From a virus (lineage: Duplodnaviria; Heunggongvirae; Uroviricota; Caudoviricetes), in IMG/VR virus record IMGVR_UViG_3300044981_000022, positions 64,001 to 118,838 of that record: a stretch of DNA of 54,838 nucleotides; one strand, given 5' to 3'. Each line of letters starts with the position of its first letter. The stretch's first letter is position 1. Positions 5,907-15,517 of the stretch are shown here, piece by piece. The translations under genes and the position numbers were made by a program. The notes under the pieces were generated by a model. It saw nothing but the letters and a program-made list of their open reading frames with translations. It did not search any database and was not told the DNA's origin.

Positions 5907-6185
5907 ATGGGAATTTTAGACGATAGTCGTTTAAAGGGTTATAACGGTAAAAAGACACACCCGGTATTATCTCTTGAAAGAACATTTTGTTCAGAGTGCG
6001 GCAAACCGTGGGGCTGGACAAGTACAGAATCCAGTCAGCATATTTCTGCCGCAGAGATCATAGTTTATTGTGACCGTTGTTTTGAAAAGTTAAATAAGTT
6101 AGCAGGAACTCCTGTCGAGCCGATTCCCGCTTCCGATCTTGCACGTCTTGGTTTGATAGACGATTTAAGTTTCTTAAGTAGTTAG
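5907..6185 (+). CDS. Hypothetical protein with two CxxC pairs (Zn-ribbon-like)
   Basis: CSECG ... CDRC motifs. Confidence 0.6.
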   Translation: MGILDDSRLKGYNGKKTHPVLSLERTFCSECGKPWGWTSTESSQHISAAEIIVYCDRCFEKLNKLAGTPVEPIPASDLARLGLIDDLSFLSS

Positions 6186-6196
6186 GAGAATTAGAA

Positions 6197-6685
6197 ATGC
6201 CATTCATGTACTCTGCAACATCACAGCAGAACACCAACGCAACAGCAAATACCGACACATTGCTAGCCGATCTAAAGACAGCAGCGACACAAGCTGGTCT
6301 TCGTGCATATCTTCAGAAGCTTCAGTGCGGTTCATATGTTACTCCTGCCGATAACGCAATTCGTCTTCGTATGAATCGTCTAGCGACAGTTGGTACATAC
6401 GCTTCTGGTACTGCGTTCACACCGACTCCATTAGTACCTGATGCGCCTGCGGCGGCTTCGCTTGCTTCGTCCCTTCCTATTTTAGGAACCGGAACATTTA
6501 ATGCAGTTCCGTTGCTTCAGTTGGCATTCAACCAACGTGGAACCGGACTCTGGGCTGCGTTCACTGCCGATGAAGCGGTAGGTATTAGCGGATCAAATGC
6601 CGCAGTTAACGGAATAATGGTTCTAGATAGCCAGTGTACCGGTGTATCAGTACCAGTTAACTTCAAGATGATTTTCAGTGAGTAA
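6197..6685 (+). CDS. Hypothetical, probable virion protein
   Basis: RBS AGGAG; Ala/Thr/Gly-rich beta composition; stop overlaps the next start. Confidence 0.6.
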   Translation: MPFMYSATSQQNTNATANTDTLLADLKTAATQAGLRAYLQKLQCGSYVTPADNAIRLRMNRLATVGTYASGTAFTPTPLVPDAPAAASLASSLPILGTGTFNAVPLLQLAFNQRGTGLWAAFTADEAVGISGSNAAVNGIMVLDSQCTGVSVPVNFKMIFSE

Positions 6686-8835
6686 TGTTTAAACGAAAAT
6701 TATTAAAATTCTTAGGGCCACTTTTATTAGCTCTTATCGTTCCTTTTCAAGTTTCTGCACAACTATGGTCTGGTATTCTCGCTCCTGCTCGCGGTGGTCA
6801 GAACTGGCAGCAAGCTGGAGCCGATCCGACTTATGTAAATGAAAATCGAACGCAGTGCGGTACGACGATTGCGGCTTATGGAAGTGCTGGTACTCCCGCC
6901 TCGGCAGCAACAATTAACACAGCGATTGCAAATTGTGCTTCGGCGCACCCATTAAGCGGTGTTGGCGGGTATGTCCAACTCGGGGCCGGAAATTTCTTCC
7001 TTAACACTCAATGGAATCTTTCAAGTAACGTAACCGTTCGTGGTATGGGCGCGAATCAGACATTTGTATTTTTATATAATACCACGTCAAGTTGCCCATT
7101 TTCAGGCGGGGCCGACATCTGTATTTCAACCAATAATCCCGGTTTCGGTTATGATGACAATGCTGATACTAATTGTGCTAATTGGACACCGGCTTTAAAT
7201 GCGGCAGATAATTGTGCAGGCTGGACCGCAGGATATGCACAAGGTACAACCACTATAACAATCGGAACCTTCCTTCACGGTGCAATGAGCAACTGGCAGG
7301 TTGGAAGTATTATCTTTCTCGACCAAGTTGATCAATCGAACACATCTCCACCAACTTCAGGTTTAGCTGTTTGCCGAAATGGTAGTTGCGGCGGAGGAAA
7401 CGTAAGCGGTCGTCCGAATCGTTCTCTCACTGAGCCACAGGTTATTACTTCGATTTCTGGAACCGGTCCTTGGACAGTTGGTATTACTCCCGGTATTCGT
7501 ATGCCATCATGGTTTACATCTGGGAGTACCCCTCAAGTTTGGGGTAATTCAGGTTTAGCTATTCAACGAGTAGGCATAGAAAATATGTCTATCGACAACT
7601 CCAACGCGCTAAACGTATTCTCCACCGTTCAATGCATCGATTGCTATAATGTATGGATAAAGGGAGTACGTTTCTCAGACACTCATGGTGATACAGAAAC
7701 AGGACAAAACGGTTTCTATCAGTTCTATCCGGTCCAGTCGATGCGCGTCACAATGCGTGATAGTTATATATACGGCTCTCCGCCTGTTTCAAATTATTAC
7801 GCGATGTCATGTTGGACGAGCGGTGATGAGCTATATGAGAACAATATTCGGCAACACATGGCGTTCGGTTTTATGGCCGAGGGTTGTATAAATTGGGTTC
7901 ATGCATACAACTTCGACATCGATGATTATTACACGCATTGCCACGGCTGCTCTCTTGATGCCCAATGGCAGCAGGCAAGCTCTTATCGCCACGGCGGTAC
8001 GGACGCCTTGGGCCTACACGAAGGCGATGTCGGTATAGGTGTCATCGGGGATCAAGTGTTCGGTGCATCGGACCTTATCACGGACTTCCGGAATCAATAC
8101 AATGGGCGTGACCCTAATGGTGGTAGTTCTGGCGGCAAGTCAGAGCAAACGAATGCTGTTTTGCTTTATCCGTTTAATCGAATTTGGAATATTGTTGGAA
8201 ATGTTCTCGGCACGGGAGCATACCACGATACTTATTCTTGTTTGACGCCGAGTTCAGCGGGACATTGTGGGGATAATTCTGCTGAGATTTATTCTTTGGG
8301 CTACGTAGATGGAAGTTCATGTACCGGTACATGCCAACCCGATGTTTATGTCGGAACCGGATTGATGAAATGGGGAAACTACGACACAGTTAGTAACGCC
8401 GTTCGCTGGTGCGGAAACTCAGGTAATACCGGATGGAGTACAACTTGCGGTAGTGTTTCTGAAGTTCCAACCGGATTAACGGATGGATTCTCTAACTCTG
8501 TACCGTCAACTCAGACATTACCGTCTTCTTTTTATTTAAATTCTAAGCCTTCTTGGTGGATATTTCCTTCTGGAAATTCGAGTACACCGTGGCCGGGTAT
8601 CGGCCCAGATATAACCGGTGGAAATATTACAGCAGGCACAGGAACAAGTTCTACACTTGGGGGCCACGCCTACCTTAATCCAGCAGCAAATTGCTATTTA
8701 AATGTAATGAGCGGACCAACAAATGGTGCGGCAACACTTTTAAGTTTTAACGCCACAACATGTTATGGTTCCGGCCTTTTACCTCCAACTAATTTAAAAA
8801 TAACACCTGGGTATATTCCTCACGGAGAAGATTAA
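6685..8835 (+). CDS. Signal-peptide-bearing protein with probable parallel beta-helix (pectate-lyase-like) fold
   Basis: MFKRKLLKFLGPLLLALIVPFQVSA-Q signal; AATINTAIANC...GYVQLGAGNF...VTVRGMG start typical of beta-helix proteins; many Cys pairs. Confidence 0.65.
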   Translation: MFKRKLLKFLGPLLLALIVPFQVSAQLWSGILAPARGGQNWQQAGADPTYVNENRTQCGTTIAAYGSAGTPASAATINTAIANCASAHPLSGVGGYVQLGAGNFFLNTQWNLSSNVTVRGMGANQTFVFLYNTTSSCPFSGGADICISTNNPGFGYDDNADTNCANWTPALNAADNCAGWTAGYAQGTTTITIGTFLHGAMSNWQVGSIIFLDQVDQSNTSPPTSGLAVCRNGSCGGGNVSGRPNRSLTEPQVITSISGTGPWTVGITPGIRMPSWFTSGSTPQVWGNSGLAIQRVGIENMSIDNSNALNVFSTVQCIDCYNVWIKGVRFSDTHGDTETGQNGFYQFYPVQSMRVTMRDSYIYGSPPVSNYYAMSCWTSGDELYENNIRQHMAFGFMAEGCINWVHAYNFDIDDYYTHCHGCSLDAQWQQASSYRHGGTDALGLHEGDVGIGVIGDQVFGASDLITDFRNQYNGRDPNGGSSGGKSEQTNAVLLYPFNRIWNIVGNVLGTGAYHDTYSCLTPSSAGHCGDNSAEIYSLGYVDGSSCTGTCQPDVYVGTGLMKWGNYDTVSNAVRWCGNSGNTGWSTTCGSVSEVPTGLTDGFSNSVPSTQTLPSSFYLNSKPSWWIFPSGNSSTPWPGIGPDITGGNITAGTGTSSTLGGHAYLNPAANCYLNVMSGPTNGAATLLSFNATTCYGSGLLPPTNLKITPGYIPHGED

Positions 8836-9104
8836 TGCCTTTGTGGTACAGTAAAGTTCAACGTTATTTAGAATTAGATTGGAGTTTCACATCTTCTGGC
8901 GGGGCGGTAGCAACAAATATTTATCGTGGTACTGTGAGTGGCGGTCCATATAATCTTTTAGTAAGCGATGTATCAGGTACAACCTATATTGATTTTCAGG
9001 TTAATCCAGGACAAACTTATTATTATGTATTCACAGAAATAGACGGTCTCGGAGGAGAGAGTGCTCAATCTTCCGAAATTTCAGCAACGGTACAAAGTCC
9101 GTAA
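8835..9104 (+). CDS. FN3-like domain protein
   Basis: LDWSF...NIYRG..SGGPY...TYID..V.PGQTYYYV...GGESAQS.EISAT. Confidence 0.8.
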   Translation: MPLWYSKVQRYLELDWSFTSSGGAVATNIYRGTVSGGPYNLLVSDVSGTTYIDFQVNPGQTYYYVFTEIDGLGGESAQSSEISATVQSP

Positions 9105-9113
9105 GGGAAAACG

Positions 9114-10565
9114 ATGGCTGTTCCAACATGGGCAAATAATCACGTACACACCGGATCAAATGCTGGAAATGAGGTCGGAAATACATTTAAGTTAGATTTA
9201 CCGAATCCTGCCGGGGCAAATAATTGTTTAATTCTATGTATGAATAACAATTTTTTATCTGGTAGAACTTATGCTATTACAGATAATAAAGGGAATACGT
9301 GGCCGACTACCCCGACAGTAACTACGAATGACGGGGGATGTAGTACAAGTATCTTTGTTTTGTTGGGTTGCGCCGCTGGTACGCAAAATATTCAGGTAGT
9401 ATTCGATACCGCTATTTTAAACGTTCAGATGATATTATCAGAATGGTATAATGTAGCGACGGCATCTGCAACGGACGGGTCTAGTAGTGCAAATAATCTA
9501 ACCGGTCCGAATATATCATCAGGTAGTTTTACCCCTGGAACATCCGGTGATTTGATAATCAATTACGGAGTAGACTCTAACGGAGGATTTCCGGGAAACG
9601 CGAACTTGGCTACCACCGGTGTTCCGGGTTCTGGATTTACTACTCTTTCTTATAATAGAATAAATTCATATGTTATAAGTTGGTTTCAATATTTAGTGCA
9701 GACTTCTGCTGCACCTATCAATCCAACTTTTACAGTTAATCAAGCGACTCATGATACTCAATTTAGTTCTGTATCTCTAGCATTGAAATCAGCTTCTGCT
9801 GGTACGCCTCCTTCTACCGGGATTAGGATTAATAGAATCTTACATGTATTTATGATTGGTTCTTCGCCGCAGACTATAGATTTTCCTTGCACAGGAAATT
9901 TGATCGCTATTACGACTGGACTGTCTAGGAATCAAGGAACTATTAGTTCTGTTACGGATAGTAATTCGAATCCGTACACAGTACATAATATAGGTACGAC
10001 CTCGGCGCAGATAGCTTCAACAGATAGCGGAGCCACTTCTGGACAAAGTTTAACTATGTCTGTAACTCTTACCGGATTTACAGCTACGTGGCTTGTTTAT
10101 GATATCTCCGGAGCGCATCCGACAGCGCCATTTGATACGTTTACAGCAGCGAGTGGTACTTTAACCGGCACCGGATCAACTCCAGGAAATACTCCGGCAA
10201 TCACGCCGTCTACATCTAATGGCTTAATTCTTGCTAACTGTGGAATGGGAACAGGTCCAGCTACTGCGATGCCGACGCCTACAGGTGCAGGTATTGCGGT
10301 GTTCGATTCATTTACTTACGCAGGTGAGACGGACACCGGTGGAAACGATTCCGCAGATGGATACGGTCATTATTACAATCCAAACACTAGTGCAGTGAGT
10401 TTTAGTTGGAACGTGGCGGGAACAAACGGTTATAACGCAGGTGCAGCAGCTTATAAGGCTGCCCCGATTATTCCTCTGACATCTATTGTATTTTTTGGAG
10501 GATACGATCAGGGATTCTCAGTTCAGATGGGCGGCGGAACAGGAAGTATATTTTCAGAGTTTTAA
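9114..10565 (+). CDS. Probable virion fibre/decoration protein (two beta-rich repeats)
   Basis: 483 aa, T/S/G-rich; two internally similar modules (TDNKGNTW / TDSNSNPY ... TPGTSGDLII / TPSTSNGLIL). Confidence 0.55.
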   Translation: MAVPTWANNHVHTGSNAGNEVGNTFKLDLPNPAGANNCLILCMNNNFLSGRTYAITDNKGNTWPTTPTVTTNDGGCSTSIFVLLGCAAGTQNIQVVFDTAILNVQMILSEWYNVATASATDGSSSANNLTGPNISSGSFTPGTSGDLIINYGVDSNGGFPGNANLATTGVPGSGFTTLSYNRINSYVISWFQYLVQTSAAPINPTFTVNQATHDTQFSSVSLALKSASAGTPPSTGIRINRILHVFMIGSSPQTIDFPCTGNLIAITTGLSRNQGTISSVTDSNSNPYTVHNIGTTSAQIASTDSGATSGQSLTMSVTLTGFTATWLVYDISGAHPTAPFDTFTAASGTLTGTGSTPGNTPAITPSTSNGLILANCGMGTGPATAMPTPTGAGIAVFDSFTYAGETDTGGNDSADGYGHYYNPNTSAVSFSWNVAGTNGYNAGAAAYKAAPIIPLTSIVFFGGYDQGFSVQMGGGTGSIFSEF

Positions 10566-10575
10566 AGGAATTTAA

Positions 10576-10986
10576 GTGGAACTTACTGAAAAACAAATAT
10601 ATCTTAAGAATTACTATCAAGAGCATCGAGAATCTTTAATTTTACAAGCGAATAAGTATCAGTCTGCAAATAGAGAAGCCGGACGAGCAAGAAGTTTTGA
10701 GATAAAGATAGAGGTTTTAACACACTACGGTAAAGACGGGCAGCTTAAATGTTGTTGGCCGGATTGTAATATAACAGACATAGATATGCTCTCATTAGAT
10801 CACATTAATAATGACGGAGCAGGTCATAGAAAAGAAATTAGTACTGGCAAGCGACCGATTCAAGGTAATGCTTTTTATCGGAAAACTATAAAATTAGGCT
10901 ACCCAGAAGGGTTACAAACATTGTGTTGTAATCATCAAATGAAGAAAGAAATAATTCGTAGAAAAGAACTACGAAAGGTATGGTAA
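10576..10986 (+). CDS. Free-standing HNH-family endonuclease
   Basis: CCWPDC...LSLDHINNDG..HRK...GYPEGLQTLCCNHQ beta-beta-alpha-Me motif. Confidence 0.8.
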   Translation: MELTEKQIYLKNYYQEHRESLILQANKYQSANREAGRARSFEIKIEVLTHYGKDGQLKCCWPDCNITDIDMLSLDHINNDGAGHRKEISTGKRPIQGNAFYRKTIKLGYPEGLQTLCCNHQMKKEIIRRKELRKVW

Positions 10987-10990
10987 TCCC

Positions 10991-11566
10991 TTGGCAAGAC
11001 AGTATTTTAATTCTACTTTAGCTGATTCTCTTATTACGCCGCAGTCTGCTGTTTCTCCGGCTACGTCTTTAACAGCGATTTTTTCTGCTGCTCAATGTTT
11101 GAAGTTTTTATCTCTACCTTACGGGCAGAACGCTCCGTCTCCGGGTCAAGTTTTTCATTTTACGTGTGGCGGATTAGTTACAACTCCTGCGTCAGGGACG
11201 GTAATTTTTTCTATTTACCACGGTTCTACAACAGGCGGAACACTTATAGCTACTTCAGACACAATTACTATGCCAGTAAGTGCCACTGCTGGTTATTTCA
11301 GATTGGAGGGAGACTTAGTTTATCGTACCATTTCTGAAGTCGCTACGACTTCAACTTGTTGGTATAATGGATGGTCCATTTTAAGCGGTCCTTCAGGAGG
11401 AACAATTCTTCCGGTAATAGCATTGATGTCTAGCAACGCTGCGGTTTCTGTAGATACTACAGGTACAACTGCAAACTCTTTTGGAAGCATTTGTGTTGCT
11501 GTAACTCCGTCTGTAACAGCCTCTACTTGGACACCAGAAATTGCATATAGCTCTAGTATGAACTAA
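10991..11566 (+). CDS. Probable virion structural protein
   Basis: TTG start; beta-rich; PGQVFHFTCGGLVT resembles segments of the 13036, 15518 and 16340 ORFs. Confidence 0.55.
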   Translation: MARQYFNSTLADSLITPQSAVSPATSLTAIFSAAQCLKFLSLPYGQNAPSPGQVFHFTCGGLVTTPASGTVIFSIYHGSTTGGTLIATSDTITMPVSATAGYFRLEGDLVYRTISEVATTSTCWYNGWSILSGPSGGTILPVIALMSSNAAVSVDTTGTTANSFGSICVAVTPSVTASTWTPEIAYSSSMN

Positions 11567-11577
11567 GAGGCATTTAA

Positions 11578-13035
11578 ATGCCTTTCAAAATAGGTACACA
11601 CGGCGCACACGGTCCGGTAAAGCCGTTTGAGTTTGTTTTACCCCATTTTAATAATTCACAAGTTTTATCATTAGCGTGGATGTACGGGCCTACCGTAGGT
11701 TCGTCTCAACAAACATATTTAGTAACAGTCGATGATTCGGCTGTTCTTTTATTGTCTCCGCCTCTCCCTGCATGGGATGAAGTTGATTGGCAGAAATTTG
11801 TTGATACACACTATTCTCAGGAAACGACTGAAGAAGACACCGGATTCGTTCCAATCATTCCTGTTTTAGCTTGGGATGAAGTCGATCAACAGAAGTTTGT
11901 TGGTACAAATTATTCTAATCAGACAATCGAGGAAGATGTAAGTCTTTTTCCGATTATCTCTGTTTTAGCTTGGGATGAAGTCGATTCACAGAATTTTCGT
12001 GGTAGTCAGTATTCTAATTCTACACAGGAAGAAGATTTAGGTGCTGTTCCGATTGTTACATTCTTAGCTTATGAAGAAGAAGATCAGAGCAAGAATGTTG
12101 ATGTAAGACAACAGCAAGACGACGAACCTTGGCATACGTTCTTTTTTGTTCCTACTCCACCACCTAATTTAGGTTGGGGCGATTGGGACTGGAATAAAAG
12201 CTTTGATGTTCGTGCGTACACACAAGATGACGAACCGTGGGATACTTCTTTCACGATTCCTTTGTTGTCGTGGGCTTACGGACCTAGTTTTTCAATTCCA
12301 CAGTCGTTATACAATGTAAGTGTAGACGATTCAGCAGTTCTGTTTTCGTCTTTACCTATAATAGCTTATGACGAGGATCAGAGTAAGTATACTGATATAC
12401 GTCAGCAGCAAGATGATGAGCCGTGGCATACGTTCTTTTTTGTCCCTACCCCGCCTCCTAACTTAGGTTGGGACGATTGGGATTGGAGTAAGAATTTTGA
12501 TATCAGTGCTCCTTCAACACAGTTGGAACACGAGTATTGGAACCCAACGTTAGTTAGCTTAATCAACTTTTTTGACGAGTTCGAAGAACAATATAACTCA
12601 CTTCCGAGAATAGATAAGCAGTTTGGTTATTCTTCAGATGATGAGCCGTGGTATACGTTCTTTAAGATTCCAAGTCTTGCTTATGACGAGGATCAGAGTA
12701 AGGGTGTAGATATACGTCAGCAACAAGATGACGAACCTTGGCACACGTTTTTCAATATTCCTATACCTCCTCCTAACTTAGGTTGGGACGATTGGGATTG
12801 GAATAAGTCATTTGCAGATGTTCGCCAGCAGCAAGACGATGAACCGTGGCAGACATTTTTTATAGTCCCTACCCCACCTCCAAATCTTGGATGGGATGAT
12901 TATGATTGGTGTAAAGCGTTCCAGGTCATATTTTCTTCTCAGACATCGGAAGAAGACATAGATTCATTACCATTTATTTCTCCGTTCGTTTTCGAAGAGT
13001 TTAATTTTTACTCAGGGGATGATCACGCGGAATAA
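11578..13035 (+). CDS. Highly acidic W/F/P/D-rich repeat protein
   Basis: Repeated DVRQQQDDEPWHTFFFVPTPPPNLGWDDWDWNK and LAWDEVD units. Confidence 0.75.
   Translation: MPFKIGTHGAHGPVKPFEFVLPHFNNSQVLSLAWMYGPTVGSSQQTYLVTVDDSAVLLLSPPLPAWDEVDWQKFVDTHYSQETTEEDTGFVPIIPVLAWDEVDQQKFVGTNYSNQTIEEDVSLFPIISVLAWDEVDSQNFRGSQYSNSTQEEDLGAVPIVTFLAYEEEDQSKNVDVRQQQDDEPWHTFFFVPTPPPNLGWGDWDWNKSFDVRAYTQDDEPWDTSFTIPLLSWAYGPSFSIPQSLYNVSVDDSAVLFSSLPIIAYDEDQSKYTDIRQQQDDEPWHTFFFVPTPPPNLGWDDWDWSKNFDISAPSTQLEHEYWNPTLVSLINFFDEFEEQYNSLPRIDKQFGYSSDDEPWYTFFKIPSLAYDEDQSKGVDIRQQQDDEPWHTFFNIPIPPPNLGWDDWDWNKSFADVRQQQDDEPWQTFFIVPTPPPNLGWDDYDWCKAFQVIFSSQTSEEDIDSLPFISPFVFEEFNFYSGDDHAE
12100..12915 (+). repeat. Four dispersed ~90-bp intragenic direct repeats
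   Basis: CAGCAAGAYGAYGARCCNTGGCA...CCTAAYTTAGGTTGGGRCGATTGGGA near 12110, 12405, 12720 and 12830; they vary mainly at third codon positions. Confidence 0.75.
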
Positions 13036-13890
13036 ATGGAAGCCGGAAAGCGAATAGCACAATTTATTAGATGGCCTTCGTTGTATAATGACGATGAATC
13101 ATCTGTAATAGTTCTTCCTATTACTGTTACGTCGCCTTCACAGTTCGTGATGGCGGCGTCACAGTCTGCGGGACGAAGAATTGCTCAATTTGTTCGAGCA
13201 AGTGCTTTACTTTCTTCTGGCGATTCAGATTTTATATTTTCTACAAATCTGCCGCCAACTGTAACTCTTGGAATTACATTATTCGAGAATTATTTTACAG
13301 ACTTAGGACCGACAATTATTGTACAGAGCGATCCTTTGTCCATAATTTCGGTTCCTATAGTTCCTAATTCTTCATCTGGAAGTTATCAACCTATTTCTAT
13401 AGGACGACAAATAGCTACGTTTGGAGCTAGTGTTTCACAACCGTCACAAATAACTGGTTTCTTTTCTTTCGTTCAAAATTTTTCTAGAACATCTGGCATA
13501 CCATCTGACTATTTTAGAAGAGCAGATGATTGGGGTGCTTTAGGACGATTAGCAATGGGGAGTCAGTTACTCGTAGCCCCTGGGAACGGTGGGTTATCAG
13601 GGCACGTTTATTATGTTGTTGCGGGTGGAAGTATAACAATCCCAGAGCTATCTTCTACTGCATTATGGTCGGTAGTCTGCCGATTAAATGGAAACGGTCG
13701 TAACAATGGAATTTTGAAATCGGATACCTTGGTTAATGGAAGCGTTGTTCAGACTTTGTATTCTAATCAGAACTATTATCAAGAACCTAAATTACAATTA
13801 AGTTTAGGTATAAACTATTCTGGGTCGGGTTCTAGTACCCCGGTAGTGCAACTGATGCAGTTTGAAATACAAGAAATATTGTATCGATAA
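13036..13890 (+). CDS. Hypothetical virion-associated protein
   Basis: 284 aa; repeated GRRIAQF motif; C-terminal half resembles 15518 and 16340. Confidence 0.55.
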   Translation: MEAGKRIAQFIRWPSLYNDDESSVIVLPITVTSPSQFVMAASQSAGRRIAQFVRASALLSSGDSDFIFSTNLPPTVTLGITLFENYFTDLGPTIIVQSDPLSIISVPIVPNSSSGSYQPISIGRQIATFGASVSQPSQITGFFSFVQNFSRTSGIPSDYFRRADDWGALGRLAMGSQLLVAPGNGGLSGHVYYVVAGGSITIPELSSTALWSVVCRLNGNGRNNGILKSDTLVNGSVVQTLYSNQNYYQEPKLQLSLGINYSGSGSSTPVVQLMQFEIQEILYR

Positions 13891-13973
13891 AATATTCTTC
13901 ATTCGTAAGAACGAGAAAATCAATCGTCTTTAAACATTGAGCATCTAGACGATGTGCTCTATAAGAAGGGAAT

Positions 13974-14807
13974 ATGATGCACAAGAAGAATTTTGTCGCA
14001 GTAGTCAAAGTTAATGGAAAGGTCCTTAGGGAGTCTTCAGATCGTGTGGAACTCCCTTTCGGTTCTGAGTACTCAGTGTTACTTAAGAATCTAGATACCG
14101 TTCGTCAGCAAGCGAAGATTAGTATCGACGGTCAAGACGCAACAGGATGGCTTATTCTCGGCCCGAACTCTGATATAGAAGTCGAGCGTTTTGTGAAAGA
14201 TTTAGATCGCGGTAATCGATTTAAGTTTATAGAACGTACAGAAAAGATTGAGAACCATCGTGGTGTCAAAGCTGAAGACGGATTGATTCGTATCGAGTTC
14301 AGACGTGAGAAAGTGTACGATCTTTCAAAGATCACGGAACATCATACGTACCACCATCACTACAACGATTACTACTATTCGTGGCCTTATCCGTGGAATC
14401 ATCCGTATAAGTATAGGCCAACTTGGACATGTAATGTAACTGCTTCGAATTTTTCTGGAGCACTACAGTCATCAGGTTCTGACGTAATAGCATCTTGTAA
14501 TATGTTACGTTCAGCACAGCAGAACCAAACAACGACTCAGAATTTTCAGTGTTCTGCTCAGAACTTGAATGACGCCGGTATCACAGTCCCAGGATCACTG
14601 AGTGATCAGAAGTTTGTTTCAGTATCCGGATTCGAAACCGAGCAATCTGAAGTTATTGTTCTGCACTTATTCGGTACACACGGAAAACTTCCGGTTAAGG
14701 TAGCAAGAATAGTAGAACATAAGTTGTCGTGTGATACATGTGGGAAGAGAAATCTTCCGACAGCGAAGTTCTGTATAGAATGCGGGACGAGTTTAGAAAA
14801 GTTTTAA
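13974..14807 (+). CDS. Conserved hypothetical protein with C-terminal zinc ribbon
   Basis: VKVNGKVLRE...GSEYSVLLKN N-terminus; CDTCG...FCIECG C-terminus. Confidence 0.7.
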   Translation: MMHKKNFVAVVKVNGKVLRESSDRVELPFGSEYSVLLKNLDTVRQQAKISIDGQDATGWLILGPNSDIEVERFVKDLDRGNRFKFIERTEKIENHRGVKAEDGLIRIEFRREKVYDLSKITEHHTYHHHYNDYYYSWPYPWNHPYKYRPTWTCNVTASNFSGALQSSGSDVIASCNMLRSAQQNQTTTQNFQCSAQNLNDAGITVPGSLSDQKFVSVSGFETEQSEVIVLHLFGTHGKLPVKVARIVEHKLSCDTCGKRNLPTAKFCIECGTSLEKF

Positions 14808-14831
14808 CTTTTGGGTAGCTCCCAAAAGCTA

Positions 14832-14876
14832 GATGTGGGAAGAGCCACTACTCTTCCCGCATCGTTCTTAGTGGAG
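14832..14876 (+). promoter_or_regulatory. Predicted H-type pseudoknot covering the RBS of the endonuclease VII-like gene
   Basis: 13-bp stem GATGTGGGAAGAG/CTCTTCCCGCATC; loop CCACTA is complementary to TAGTGG (14869-14874), overlapping the GGAG RBS. Confidence 0.7.
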
Positions 14877-14881
14877 AGTAT

Positions 14882-15433
14882 ATGAAAGGCTATTGTTATA
14901 ACTGTGGTTTAAAATTGTCGGAAGACAATTCCAGTCCATCGAGTATCAAAGCAAAGTCAGGGCTGTGTAGAGTTTGCGATTCTGAGTATCGTAGTGTAAG
15001 ATATCAAAGAAATAAAAAGAAGATTGCTAAGACTAATAAGAACTGGCGGGATAGAAATAAAAAGTATAGCCGTGAGCAACGTCTTCAATACGAGAAAGAT
15101 AATCCCGAAAAGAAACAACGTCATCTTAAACAGACCGCAGATGGCATCAGATTTAAATTGACGGGCGTCACATCGAAGCAGTTTTATAAGAAGCTATTTT
15201 TGCAGAAGAATCTATGTGAGATATGTAAAGAACCGATGGCTTCAAGTATATGGATTAGAAGGCCATGTCAGGATCACGATCATAAAACTGGACAGATAAG
15301 GGATATTCTTTGTAGCCAGTGTAATTTGTGTCTAGGAAATGCTCGTGATAATAAAGAAATTCTAGCGAGTGCTATTCAATACTTGCAGAAATGGGCAGAC
15401 AATAATTTAAAAACAGTTGTTTGTTCGGAATAG
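14882..15433 (+). CDS. Endonuclease VII-like (HNH) homing endonuclease
   Basis: CEICKEP...QDHDHKTGQIRDILCSQCNLCLGNARDN..IL..AIQYL. Confidence 0.88.
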   Translation: MKGYCYNCGLKLSEDNSSPSSIKAKSGLCRVCDSEYRSVRYQRNKKKIAKTNKNWRDRNKKYSREQRLQYEKDNPEKKQRHLKQTADGIRFKLTGVTSKQFYKKLFLQKNLCEICKEPMASSIWIRRPCQDHDHKTGQIRDILCSQCNLCLGNARDNKEILASAIQYLQKWADNNLKTVVCSE

Positions 15434-15517
15434 CATGACTATTCTAAAGCGTCATAGATAGGTAAGGTGCAATTAATTTTGCAGCTTGTTTTAGACGTAT
15501 ATAAGAGGTAATCGAAA

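Noticed and set aside
12100-12915. CRISPR array or DGR template/variable repeats
   Set aside because: Repeats are in-frame coding units with synonymous variation, irregular spacing and no adenine-specific bias; no cas or reverse transcriptase gene in the window.
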